NCBI GenBank assembly: GCA_965116535.1
Contig: OZ220703.1
Location: forward strand, 1,153,545-1,217,544
DNA from: Acidimicrobiales bacterium
GTDB taxonomy: Bacteria; Actinomycetota; Acidimicrobiia; Acidimicrobiales; Bin134
Length of the DNA stretch: 64,000 bases
Direction: 5' to 3'
The notes beneath the pieces were generated by a model. The model was given only the letters and a program-made list of their open reading frames with translations. It did no database searches and was not told the DNA's origin. A program made the position numbers and the translations under genes. Shown here piece by piece: positions 31,488 through 40,686 of the stretch (positions within the stretch are counted from its first letter, which is position 1; the number at the start of each line of letters is the position of its first letter).

Positions 31488-32834
31488 TTGGCGGGTTGGC
31501 AGCCCGGTTTATACCGTCTCGCGGTGACCGCTGCTGGACGATTCGCCCGCGTTTTGTCTCAATTCTGCTGGGCAGCGGCAGCGAGTCTGCTGGTGTTGGC
31601 TCTCGGCGCTCCGATTGCCAGTGCGCAGAATGCACCTAGCGGCGGATTCACACGCGAAGACATCCAATTGCGCGACAACCTGATTGCCGCCCAGGAAACG
31701 CTGCTCAACATTTACCGATGCCAATTCGGCATCGACGTGGAGGCAGTGCCCGGTGGCTGCACCAACGGCTACCCCACCCAGGGCTTTTCCCAGCCGGCGG
31801 AGTTTTACGGGATTCCCACCGCCGAAGACATTGCGGTTCGAGACCAACTGGTCTCAGTCCAAGAGGTGCTGCTGAACACCTACCGCTGCCGATTCGACTT
31901 CGAAATCGACACTCACATCACCCCCGAGGGTTGCCCCGGCCAGACCCTTTCAAATCCCTCTCTGCATCTCGCCATCGACGAACTTGTGCGGCCCGAGGAC
32001 CTCGAGGGCGATCCCCCGCCAGGGCTGATCACGCCGACCGGGGTGTCGGTTGCCGTATTGGGGGTGAGCGAGGGGAAATTTGTGGTGACCACGCCGTGCG
32101 GCTCGATTTCGACGGTCAGTGCTGGACTGCCCCTCCAAGGGGTGCGAGTGGTGGTGGATCCCGGCCATGGAGGCTCCTATGACGTCGGGGCAGTGGGACC
32201 CAACGGCTTGGCCGAGCGCGACTTGAACCTGACACTCAGCTATGCGGTGTTGAACGAGCTCTCGAGTCGGGATATTCCGGCTGCCTCCACTCGGAATGGC
32301 CACTACGGATCGCTGTTGTCGGTTCGAGCCGCCTTTGCCGACGCCGTGGGAGCCGAAGCTCTGGTCTCGATCCATCACAACGGACCTACCTACAGCATCG
32401 GCAGCCAACCGGGCACAGAGGTGTACGTACAGTCGGTTTCGGCTCAACAGGCCCGTGCCGATTCCGCCCGGCTTGGCGGGCTGCTGTATCAGGAGATCAC
32501 CAACGCTTTGTCGGGCTTCGACAACGTGGCGTGGAGCCGTGTGCCCGATGCGGGAGTATTGCGGGTTTTGTTGCCTGGCGGACGCGACGCCTACGGAATG
32601 ATCAGACGGCCGACTGTTCCCGCGGTCCTGGTTGAATACGGCTACTTGTCAAACCGTTCCGAGGCCGCTCTTTTCGCCACCGACGAGTACATACGCGTGG
32701 CCGCCAAGGCCACCGTCAACGCCATCGAGGCTTACCTGAACACCAACCGTTCGGGCACGGATTCAATCCCACGGCCTCGGGTGTTCGACCCGGCTCGGGC
32801 GCCCTCTTCCTGCAACGAGGTGGCGTTGGAGTAG
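31488..32834 (+). CDS. N-acetylmuramoyl-L-alanine amidase (Amidase_3) with duplicated N-terminal Cys motif
   Basis: Signal-like N-terminus. Amidase_3 core (VVVDPGHGG...ERDLNL...LVSIHHNG...EYGYLSN). The start could be TTG 31488 or GTG 31524. Confidence 0.75.
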   Translation: MAGWQPGLYRLAVTAAGRFARVLSQFCWAAAASLLVLALGAPIASAQNAPSGGFTREDIQLRDNLIAAQETLLNIYRCQFGIDVEAVPGGCTNGYPTQGFSQPAEFYGIPTAEDIAVRDQLVSVQEVLLNTYRCRFDFEIDTHITPEGCPGQTLSNPSLHLAIDELVRPEDLEGDPPPGLITPTGVSVAVLGVSEGKFVVTTPCGSISTVSAGLPLQGVRVVVDPGHGGSYDVGAVGPNGLAERDLNLTLSYAVLNELSSRDIPAASTRNGHYGSLLSVRAAFADAVGAEALVSIHHNGPTYSIGSQPGTEVYVQSVSAQQARADSARLGGLLYQEITNALSGFDNVAWSRVPDAGVLRVLLPGGRDAYGMIRRPTVPAVLVEYGYLSNRSEAALFATDEYIRVAAKATVNAIEAYLNTNRSGTDSIPRPRVFDPARAPSSCNEVALE

Positions 32835-32856
32835 GGCGGGGCGGCGGCGAGTTCGC

Positions 32857-33222
32857 TCAGTCGTCGTCTTCGAATTCAAGGCCGAGTTCGGCGGCAACCG
32901 TGCGCAGGGTGGTGTAGGCCTGGGCACTGGCCGGCCATCCGGCGTAATGGGCGATGTGGACCACCCACTCCACCAGTTCGTCGGGGGTGAGGTCCCCCGA
33001 TTCCAATGCCGGTTTCATGTGAAAGGGCAAGATGGCGGCGTTTCCGCTGGCGACGATGCAGGTCAGGGTGGTGAGCCTCCGCTCTTTGACTCCCAGGTTC
33101 GGGCGCGACCACATGTCGGTGAACACCCGCTTGGTGAACTTGATGTACGGGTCATCGCTGTCGGGGGGATCGAACAGCATTATGTTTTTCCAGGCGACGC
33201 GATCTGCTTCTTTGTTGTCCAT
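32857..33222 (-). CDS. Carboxymuconolactone decarboxylase (CMD/AhpD-like) family protein
   Basis: The C-terminal 121 aa of track ORF 32857..33528 (LGVKERRLTTLTCIVASGN...ELVEWVVHIAHYAGWP). The upstream part is a shadow frame. ATG at 33222. Confidence 0.68.
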   Translation of the reverse strand: MDNKEADRVAWKNIMLFDPPDSDDPYIKFTKRVFTDMWSRPNLGVKERRLTTLTCIVASGNAAILPFHMKPALESGDLTPDELVEWVVHIAHYAGWPASAQAYTTLRTVAAELGLEFEDDD

Positions 33223-33244
33223 CTGCGCAGCGTAGGCTGTAGCG

Positions 33245-33892
33245 GTGCAGATCGCCTTCATTCGCCACGGCCAGCCCGAACGGGAGTGGAACACCGACAA
33301 AGTGGCCGATCCCGGGCTCAGCGAATTGGGCAAATGGCAGGCGGAGCGCCTGGCCGACTGGCTGGAGCACGAGCCCTTCGACCACATCATTTCCAGCACT
33401 AAGCGGCGGGCCATCGAGACCATCGAGCCGCTGGCCGCCCGATTGGGCATGGACATCGAGCTCGAAGAGGACTTCACCGAGATCGACCGCAACTCCAAGG
33501 TGTACCTCCCCACCGAGCTGCTGGCCACTGAGGGCGGGGAGTACTACGAGGCCATTCGGGCCCAGGACTATGCCGCCATCGGCTGGGACACTCCCGAGGA
33601 GTTCCACAAGCGGGTGATGGCCGCTTTCGAGCGGCTGTGCGAAGTCCAGCCTGGCCAGCACATTGCGGTGGCCTGTCACGGCGGGGTGATCAATCGAGTG
33701 GTGTCGGAGCTGGTGATGGCTTCGGAGCGAATCCACCTCCAGGTGTCCTATTCCGGCATTTGCCGGGTTTGGGTGGACGACAATCGCCGGTTGCTGATGA
33801 GCATGAACGAAACCGGCCACTGTTGCGCCACCCGCACCGAGGTCACCGGCCACATGCGCGACGGGATCGTGGTCGCCCCTTATCGCTATTAG
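33245..33892 (+). CDS. Histidine phosphatase (phosphoglycerate-mutase-like) family protein
   Basis: The N-terminus IAFIRHGQPE is the RHG catalytic motif. 215 aa, GTG start. Confidence 0.75.
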   Translation: MQIAFIRHGQPEREWNTDKVADPGLSELGKWQAERLADWLEHEPFDHIISSTKRRAIETIEPLAARLGMDIELEEDFTEIDRNSKVYLPTELLATEGGEYYEAIRAQDYAAIGWDTPEEFHKRVMAAFERLCEVQPGQHIAVACHGGVINRVVSELVMASERIHLQVSYSGICRVWVDDNRRLLMSMNETGHCCATRTEVTGHMRDGIVVAPYRY

Positions 33893-33942
33893 CGGGGTGG
33901 TGCCGGCGAGGCGCCCTAACTTTTGCCCCTAAAGTCATTGGC

Positions 33943-35184
33943 ATGCGCCGCTTGCAGAGGAAGCTAGCTTCGTCGGTTTTCGTGTCTGTCCCATTGGCTC
34001 TAGGCCTGATAGGCGCGCTGCTGGTGGGATGCGGCGGGGCGGGCGACAGCGCTCCGAGCGTCGAGCAGGCCACCGCAACGTCGGCTCCTGCCGCGATTCC
34101 AACCGCCCCTCCCACCCCAGCTCCCACTCCGACCCAGGCCGCAACTCCCAAGGCCACTCAGGAAAATGGTGCGGAGCCGGAGCCTCCCGAGCAAACACCC
34201 GTAGTCACCCCTACCGTGCCGCCGACGACAAGCACACCGATGCCAACCGTGGCCGCCCTTCCGCCGGTCCCGACTCCGGCGGCAAGCACGGTGCGGGAAC
34301 TGTTGGCGCTGGGGCGGCCGCTGGTGATCGGCCATGCCGGGGGCGACCGGTCGTGGCCACACTCCACCATGTACGCCTTCTCCCAGGCGGCTTTTGCCGG
34401 TGTGGACGTGTTGGAGATGGACTTGCAGATGACCGCCGACCGGGTGCTGGTGGTGCACCACGACGACACGGTCGACCGCACCACCAACGCCACTGGGCGA
34501 GTGCGGGATATGACCTACGAGGAGCTTCAAGCGCTTGACAACGCCTACTGGTGGTCGGAGGAATGGCCCAGTCACGACCTGGCCTCCGATGCCTACACCT
34601 ATCGGGGAATCCGCACTGGTGAAGTCGCTCCCCCGGAGGGGTACGGTCCGGACGACTTCCGGGTGGAGACGTTTCGGTCGGTGGCCCAGGCGTTTCCCGA
34701 GTATGTGCTGGATGTGGAGATCAAGACCCCTGCGGGCGATGACGGCGAAGACGACATCGACTTCATCCTCGAGATGGCCGCGGTACTGGCCGCCGAGATC
34801 GAGGAGTTGGGCCGCACCGATTCGGTGGTGGTGGTTTCATTCCGAGATGAGGCGTTGGTCGGATTCCGGGAGCTGGCACCCGAGGTGGTTACCAGCCCTG
34901 GTCAGGACTCCCTGCCGGCGTGGGCTTTCGCTTCGGTCCCATTGCACCCCAACGACCTCATCTTGCAGGTGCCGCCCACCTTCAGCGGCCTCGACGTGCT
35001 GACTCCCGACCTACTGGGCAAAGCGGCCGACGAGGGGTTGGCGGTGTGGGTGTGGCCCAACGAGGACTGGCAGGAAGCCGCCGACTACTACGCCGAACTC
35101 ATCGACTTGCCGGTGGACGGGGTCATTGCCGGCCGGCCCGCCGAAGCCGTGGAGCGATTCCGAGCCGACGGCGATATCCCCTGA
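33943..35184 (+). CDS. Glycerophosphodiester phosphodiesterase lipoprotein
   Basis: ATG 33943 gives MRRLQRKLASSVFVSVPLALGLIGALLVGC, a lipobox. A Pro/Thr-rich linker is followed by the GDPD core (VIGHAGG, EMDLQMTADRVLVVHHD). The track ORF from 33637 is over-extended. Confidence 0.8.
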   Translation: MRRLQRKLASSVFVSVPLALGLIGALLVGCGGAGDSAPSVEQATATSAPAAIPTAPPTPAPTPTQAATPKATQENGAEPEPPEQTPVVTPTVPPTTSTPMPTVAALPPVPTPAASTVRELLALGRPLVIGHAGGDRSWPHSTMYAFSQAAFAGVDVLEMDLQMTADRVLVVHHDDTVDRTTNATGRVRDMTYEELQALDNAYWWSEEWPSHDLASDAYTYRGIRTGEVAPPEGYGPDDFRVETFRSVAQAFPEYVLDVEIKTPAGDDGEDDIDFILEMAAVLAAEIEELGRTDSVVVVSFRDEALVGFRELAPEVVTSPGQDSLPAWAFASVPLHPNDLILQVPPTFSGLDVLTPDLLGKAADEGLAVWVWPNEDWQEAADYYAELIDLPVDGVIAGRPAEAVERFRADGDIP

Positions 35185-35217
35185 TTCAACTTGTGAGCGA
35201 CAGGCCTGCCACCCAAC

Positions 35218-36243
35218 TCAAGCGTCAGTCCTGCCTTGGCTCCCGCTGCGGGTGATCTTGGATTCGAGGGTTGCTCGGTCGGCTTGCCAGCATCCCATCA
35301 GATGTGACGGTTGGAAACCCATCTCGGTGTTGATGGCCAGCATGGCGGCGTTGCTCTCGGCGTTGCCGGTGCGCAGTGTGGCCACTTCGGGGGCCTCGTG
35401 GCGCAGTCGCTGCCACATCGCCGCCTTCATCCAGCGTCCGAGGCCCCGGCCCCGGTGGGCGGGCAGCACGACTGTGTTCCACTGCCATGCGAAGGCCGGT
35501 CGGAAGCGGTTGACGAACACCTCGGTGGCGCCCGCGGCCGACCCATCGGTGCCCACGGCCAGAATGCCCAGGTAGTCGATGCCACAGGCGTCGCGGGCGT
35601 CGAAGTCGGCTCGCAGGATGGCCGCGTCGACAGTCATATCTTCTATGTCGAGGTCGTCGGTGGGAGCGTCGTTCATGGCGTTGGCGGTGGCGACAAGCGC
35701 GTCGATGTGCTCATCAGGGCAGCGGCCCGCCCAGTGCACCAGATCGATGTCGTTCGGAGCAGCGTCGATCCACCGACTCATCAGCGCGGCGTCCACCAAG
35801 GCCAGGTCCAAATCCGACTCCTGCTCGGTGAAGCGCAACTCGGCGCCCAGCCCGGTCCAGAATGCATCGGCTTCGGGTGTGCAGTCGCCAAAGGCGATGA
35901 CCGAAGTTCGGCCATCGGCTTGTGCCATCCTCAGCAGCTCGCTCAGCACTGCTGTTGATGCGTCGCTGGGGACTGGAGTTATCTCCACGATTGCCAGCGT
36001 GGCGTTGGCGAGGTCGCGGGTCAGTTCCAAATGGCCAATGGCGACGGCTTGTCCGTCGTCGAACGCCACAATCCGCTCATGACGGGCGTTATCGCTGGCG
36101 TCGTCATCAAACGTGGCCTGCAATTCGCCAGCCGGGGTGACAGGAAGCTCTGGATCGCGGGCGCGGTCCAGATGTTGCTGAAGTACCAGGGCGGCCTCGA
36201 GCTGAGACTGGTCAAGCTCCCGAGCACTGAGGAACTGCATCAT
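35218..36243 (-). CDS. GNAT-family N-acetyltransferase (two-domain)
   Basis: 341 aa. C-terminal GNAT core VVLPAHRGRGLGRWMKAAM...NAAMLAINTEMGF. Confidence 0.62.
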   Translation of the reverse strand: MMQFLSARELDQSQLEAALVLQQHLDRARDPELPVTPAGELQATFDDDASDNARHERIVAFDDGQAVAIGHLELTRDLANATLAIVEITPVPSDASTAVLSELLRMAQADGRTSVIAFGDCTPEADAFWTGLGAELRFTEQESDLDLALVDAALMSRWIDAAPNDIDLVHWAGRCPDEHIDALVATANAMNDAPTDDLDIEDMTVDAAILRADFDARDACGIDYLGILAVGTDGSAAGATEVFVNRFRPAFAWQWNTVVLPAHRGRGLGRWMKAAMWQRLRHEAPEVATLRTGNAESNAAMLAINTEMGFQPSHLMGCWQADRATLESKITRSGSQGRTDA

Positions 36244-36280
36244 CGGAGCCTACGGGCGGGAATGGAGATCTTCTCCGAGG

Positions 36281-37195
36281 TCAGCGGAGTCCGAGGGATT
36301 CCCAACTGTGGGCGAGATCGTCGAACCAACCTTGGGCTCGGTCCATGCGCCAGCAGAACAACGACATCACCACGTTGATGGTGGTGGCGCCGGCGTCGAT
36401 CCACTGGGGAGTGGCCTCCATGCTGGCTTGGATCGAGGGGCGACCGTCGCTGTCGGCCACCGCGTCGATGTCGCCTTGGATGCCGAAGCCGTCCAGGCTC
36501 CGACCAGCGGCGGCGAGAGCTTCCTTTAGCTGTCCCACCCCATCAGCCACTTCGCGGAGCGTGCCGTAGGGAGGTGGGATCCATCCGTCGGCGTGCTCGA
36601 CAAGGCGGGCCAGGTTGTTGCGGTGGAGTGCTCCGGCTACCCAGACAGGGGTGCCGTCGGGCTGGGCTGGCTTGGGTTCGCACCAGATGTCGTCGAAGTT
36701 GATGGTGGCCGAGTGGAACGAGGCCGGGGAGTCCCTCCACAGCGTCTTGCAGGCGGCGATGGCGTCGGTGAGACGCTGGCCTCGCTCCGTCCAGGGAACT
36801 CCCGCGGCTTCATACTCCTCGCGTTGCCAGCCGGTGCCCACCCCAATTTCCAGGCGGCCTTGGGACAGCACGTCCATGGTGGCCAGCGTCTTGGCCAGCA
36901 CCGCGGCAGGACGAAGGGGGGCAATCAGGATCTTGGTGCTGAATCTCACTCGCTCGGTAACGGCGGCCATGTGGGCAATGGAGGCCAGCGGTTCCAGCCA
37001 CGCGGTCTCGGGAGGGAAGGGGAAGGGGCCGTAGGGGTACTTGTCGGTGTTGGCGCCCATGACCACGTGGTCGGTGAGCATGACGCGGTCGACGCCCGCT
37101 TGTTCGGCCATCTGAGCCAGGTCGCCGATCTGGTGAAAGTTGCCGTCTCGAAAGATCGGGCCGAACGACGGCAGCGTGACTGACAGGGTGGTCAT
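36281..37195 (-). CDS. LLM-class (probably F420-dependent) oxidoreductase
   Basis: ATG 37195 gives MTTLSVTLPSFGP...VDRVMLTDHVV...GRLEIGVGTGWQREEYEA, the luciferase-like monooxygenase pattern. The upstream part of the track ORF is rejected. Confidence 0.75.
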   Translation of the reverse strand: MTTLSVTLPSFGPIFRDGNFHQIGDLAQMAEQAGVDRVMLTDHVVMGANTDKYPYGPFPFPPETAWLEPLASIAHMAAVTERVRFSTKILIAPLRPAAVLAKTLATMDVLSQGRLEIGVGTGWQREEYEAAGVPWTERGQRLTDAIAACKTLWRDSPASFHSATINFDDIWCEPKPAQPDGTPVWVAGALHRNNLARLVEHADGWIPPPYGTLREVADGVGQLKEALAAAGRSLDGFGIQGDIDAVADSDGRPSIQASMEATPQWIDAGATTINVVMSLFCWRMDRAQGWFDDLAHSWESLGLR

Positions 37196-37400
37196 GTGTC
37201 TTAGTTTGGCTGTTTTCCATTCGGCGGGGCGGCGGGCTGTACTGGTGGGGCCGGGGTGGCGGGTCCTGTCCCGGCCCAGCCCGCCGTCCTCGCAGAGCTC
37301 CGGGTGGCGGGCACCCTGAGCCGGGCCACCCCCCACCACGGCCCAATTTTGTGGCCCGCCGCCCCGCCTACCGGGGAGACCGCATGCCTAAGGTTTTGGT

Positions 37401-38930
37401 GTGTTGAGCGGCGGGACGTTTTGGGGGATGGTGGAGCGGCGGGCGGAGTTGACGCCGGATGCTGTGATGATCATTGATGATCGGGATCGGGTGCTCTCGT
37501 TTGCTGAGTATCGGGATGCGGCGTTGCGGGCGGCGGCGGGGTTGGCGGATTTAGGTGTAGGGCCGGGGGCGTCGGTTTCGTGGCAGCTGCCCACGTGGCC
37601 GTCCACGCTGGTGTTGCAGGCGGCGCTGGCCCGGTTGGGGGCGGTGCAGAATCCGATCATTCCGGTGTATCGGGAGCGGGAGGTGGGGTTCTGCATCCGC
37701 CAGACCGGGGCCCGGCTGTTCTTGGTGCCGTCGGTGTGGCGGGGATTCGGCTTTCAGGCCATGGCCGAGGGGATCGCCGCTGAAGTCGACGCGGTTGACG
37801 TCGTGGCGTGCGACGGGGAATTGCCGGAAGGCGATCCATCAGTGCTGACCGGTATTCCTGTTCCCGAGGATCCCGAGGAGATCCGGTGGGTGTACTACAC
37901 GTCGGGCACCACCTCTGATCCCAAGGGCGCCCGCCACTGCGACACGTCGGTGATGGCATCGGGAATCGCCATGGTGGAGCGCCAGCACGTTTCCGCCGAC
38001 GACAAGTTCGGACTGGCCTTTCCATTCGCCCACATTGGCGGGGTATCCAACCTGTCGGTGTCGTTGAGCTCGGGCTGCACATTGGTGATCGCCGAGGCGT
38101 TCGATCCCACCGAGACCACTGCGCTGTTCGCCCGCCACGATGTCACCCTGGTGGGCGGGGGTCCGGCCTTCTTCATGGCGTTTGTGGCTGAGCAGCGCAA
38201 GCAGCCTGGGCAGCCGATCCTGCCCCGGCTCCGGCTCTTCTCCGGCGGGGGCGCACCCATGCCGGCGTCGCAGCACTACGAGGTGCAGGCCGAGCTCGGC
38301 GGGCGGGGGTGCGGCCACGCCTGGGGGACGACCGAGGCGCCGATCATCGCCCAGAACACTCCCGACGATCCCGATGAAAAGCTGGCTGAGACCGAGGGTC
38401 GGCCGCTGGCCGGAGCAGAGATCAAGGTGGTGGGCTTCGACGGCGAACCGGCCGATGTCGGTGTGGAGGGAGAGCTGTGGATCCGGGGGCCGATGGTGTG
38501 CCGGGGCTACATGGACGAAGCGCTCACTGCGTCTGCGTTCGATAACGGGTGGTTCCACACCGGTGATGTGGGTTACCTGGATGCCGACGGGTATGTGACC
38601 CTCACCGGGCGGGTGAAGGACATCATCATCCGCAAGGGGGAGAACATTTCGGCCACCGAGATCGAGGACCTGCTGTTCGCCCACCCCAAGGTGCTCGACG
38701 CCGGAGTGATCGGTTTGCCCGACGAGGAGCGGGGCGAGCGGGTGTGCGCGGTGGTGGAGCTGGCTGCCGGAGCTGAGGGGCTTACCTTGGCCGAGGTGGG
38801 GGACTACTTCCGGGCGTCGGGGATCATGCCGCAGAAAATTCCAGAGCAGATTGAAATCGTGGACTCGCTGCCCCGGAATGCGACCGGAAAGGTATTGAAG
38901 CACGAGCTTCGAGCCCGGTTTAGCGACTAG
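37401..38930 (+). CDS. AMP-dependent synthetase/ligase (acyl-CoA synthetase)
   Basis: Motifs YYTSGTTSDPKGA, GWFHTGDVGYLDADGY and IIRKGENIS. Confidence 0.82.
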   Translation: MLSGGTFWGMVERRAELTPDAVMIIDDRDRVLSFAEYRDAALRAAAGLADLGVGPGASVSWQLPTWPSTLVLQAALARLGAVQNPIIPVYREREVGFCIRQTGARLFLVPSVWRGFGFQAMAEGIAAEVDAVDVVACDGELPEGDPSVLTGIPVPEDPEEIRWVYYTSGTTSDPKGARHCDTSVMASGIAMVERQHVSADDKFGLAFPFAHIGGVSNLSVSLSSGCTLVIAEAFDPTETTALFARHDVTLVGGGPAFFMAFVAEQRKQPGQPILPRLRLFSGGGAPMPASQHYEVQAELGGRGCGHAWGTTEAPIIAQNTPDDPDEKLAETEGRPLAGAEIKVVGFDGEPADVGVEGELWIRGPMVCRGYMDEALTASAFDNGWFHTGDVGYLDADGYVTLTGRVKDIIIRKGENISATEIEDLLFAHPKVLDAGVIGLPDEERGERVCAVVELAAGAEGLTLAEVGDYFRASGIMPQKIPEQIEIVDSLPRNATGKVLKHELRARFSD

Positions 38931-40003
38931 AGGATCTGTTTCATTCCGTGGATGGCAAGACCGGCGAGGGCGCCGATGAGGGTGCCGTTGATGCGGATGA
39001 ACTGGAGGTCGCGGCCGACACGGCGCTCGATGCGGGCGCTGGTGTCGTCGGCGTCCCAGCGAGCCACGGTGGTGCCGATCACATTGGCCACTTCGGCTTG
39101 AGCATGGCGGGCCAACAGGCCCACGGCGGTAACCAGCCAGCCATCTACCCGGTTTTGGAGGTTGGCGTCGCTTTGCAGTGACTCTCCGGCTCGGGCCAGA
39201 ACTGCTTCCACCCGGGTGGCCAGCCGCTGATTGGTTTGGAGGCGCTGAGCGTAGCTCCGCAGCCCAGCGTCGATGCGCAGTCGCAACTCGTGATCGGGGT
39301 CGTCGGCCATATCAGCCAGTACCCCCCGCACGCCACGGTGGAGGCGGGTGAAGATGTGGTGGTCGAGCACCTTGGGGGTGTAGATGGGCGCTTCCTCCAC
39401 GATGCGGTCTCTCAGCACTTCGAAGTTGTCCACCAGGAAGCGATCGGCCCGCTCGACGGCGGCGTCCACCATGGAGCGGTGGTGCCCGCCGTCGACCATC
39501 GACTCCACCAGCCGGCCCAGCGCGGGACCCGACACCAGCCCGGCATCGCCTTCGGCGGCCAGCCATCGGCCCAGGGCTTCGGCGGGGGCCCGATCGGCCA
39601 CCCATTGGGCCAGGTCGTCGGGCTCGAAGAAGTTGTCCTGCACGAACTCGCCCAGGCTGGCGCCGATGGCGTCTTTGCGGCGGGGGATGATGGCGGTGTG
39701 GGGGATGGGGATGCCCAGCGGGTGTTTGAACAGGGCGGTCACCGCGAACCAATCGGCCAGACCGCCGATCATGGCCGCCTCGGCGGCAGCCTCCACATAG
39801 CCGGCCCAGCCGCCGCCGTCGGTGAGCAGCCGCATCACCACGAACAAGGCAGCGGAGGCCAAAAGCAGGCCAGTGGCCCGCCGCTTGGCGCGACGGAGCG
39901 AGGCCGGGTCGCCGGTAATCCGCCGCTTGGCCCGCCGGAGCGAGGCCGGGTCGCTCAGGCGACCGTTTGGGGCATCCATGACCCGCGGATCTGCTCGGCC
40001 CAC
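38927..40003 (-). CDS. DUF445-family membrane protein
   Basis: LADWFAVTALFKHPLGIPIPHTAIIPRRKD is the DUF445 hallmark. The N-terminus carries a 14-aa tandem duplication. The start is uncertain. Confidence 0.68.
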   Translation of the reverse strand: MGRADPRVMDAPNGRLSDPASLRRAKRRITGDPASLRRAKRRATGLLLASAALFVVMRLLTDGGGWAGYVEAAAEAAMIGGLADWFAVTALFKHPLGIPIPHTAIIPRRKDAIGASLGEFVQDNFFEPDDLAQWVADRAPAEALGRWLAAEGDAGLVSGPALGRLVESMVDGGHHRSMVDAAVERADRFLVDNFEVLRDRIVEEAPIYTPKVLDHHIFTRLHRGVRGVLADMADDPDHELRLRIDAGLRSYAQRLQTNQRLATRVEAVLARAGESLQSDANLQNRVDGWLVTAVGLLARHAQAEVANVIGTTVARWDADDTSARIERRVGRDLQFIRINGTLIGALAGLAIHGMKQIL

Positions 40004-40686
40004 GGGTAGCGCAGCGGCTCGATGAGCTGGAACGGCCCGTCCATCCCGACGCGGGTGGTGACGGGCCGGGAGGGAGTGGCGGCCCGCAGCGCGGGGACAA
40101 CCTCGGCGGGGTCGCCCTCGATCATGTGCAGATCGATGGCGGTGTCGGGGGCGAACCGGGAGGTGAACGACGCCACTGCGTGTACGCCCTCTGTGGCCAC
40201 TGCGGCGGGGGCGTAGATGGCCCGGTGCCAGTCTTGGTCGCCCAGACCTCGGCGCAGAACCACATGAATGTCGGTGTGGGACATGTGGGGGATGTCGCCG
40301 GGATCGGCCTTCAGCGCCGGGTCGGCCACCGCCCAGTCGAGGGCCAAGGCGTCGCCCAATCGCACGATCTTCTTCTCATCGGGGAACATTCGGTCGGCCG
40401 CCACCAGCACCTCCCGGTACTCGGTCATGGTGGCCATCACCCCGTCCACGTCGCCGCACAGCCAATAGATGGTGAGAAAGGCGCTGCGCCCGCCGGAGAA
40501 CGCCTCGTCGCAGCCGTCGGGCCGCAGCTCTTGGTGGCTGGGCGGGGCGACGTAGCGGCGGCCGTGCATCACGTCTTGAAGGGCGATGTTGGGGGGCAGG
40601 TGCTCAAGGTCGTACCAGCGGTTCCAATCCTCGATGGCGTCGGCGTCGCAGTCGAGTCCGGCGAAGATGATTCCGGTTGTCTTCAT
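39955..40686 (-). CDS. Hypothetical protein
   Basis: Coding-like composition. ATG 40686 (MKTTGIIFAGLDCDADAIEDWNRWYDLEHLPPN) is preferred over the track start 40752. No family recognised. Confidence 0.5.
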   Translation of the reverse strand: MKTTGIIFAGLDCDADAIEDWNRWYDLEHLPPNIALQDVMHGRRYVAPPSHQELRPDGCDEAFSGGRSAFLTIYWLCGDVDGVMATMTEYREVLVAADRMFPDEKKIVRLGDALALDWAVADPALKADPGDIPHMSHTDIHVVLRRGLGDQDWHRAIYAPAAVATEGVHAVASFTSRFAPDTAIDLHMIEGDPAEVVPALRAATPSRPVTTRVGMDGPFQLIEPLRYPWAEQIRGSWMPQTVA

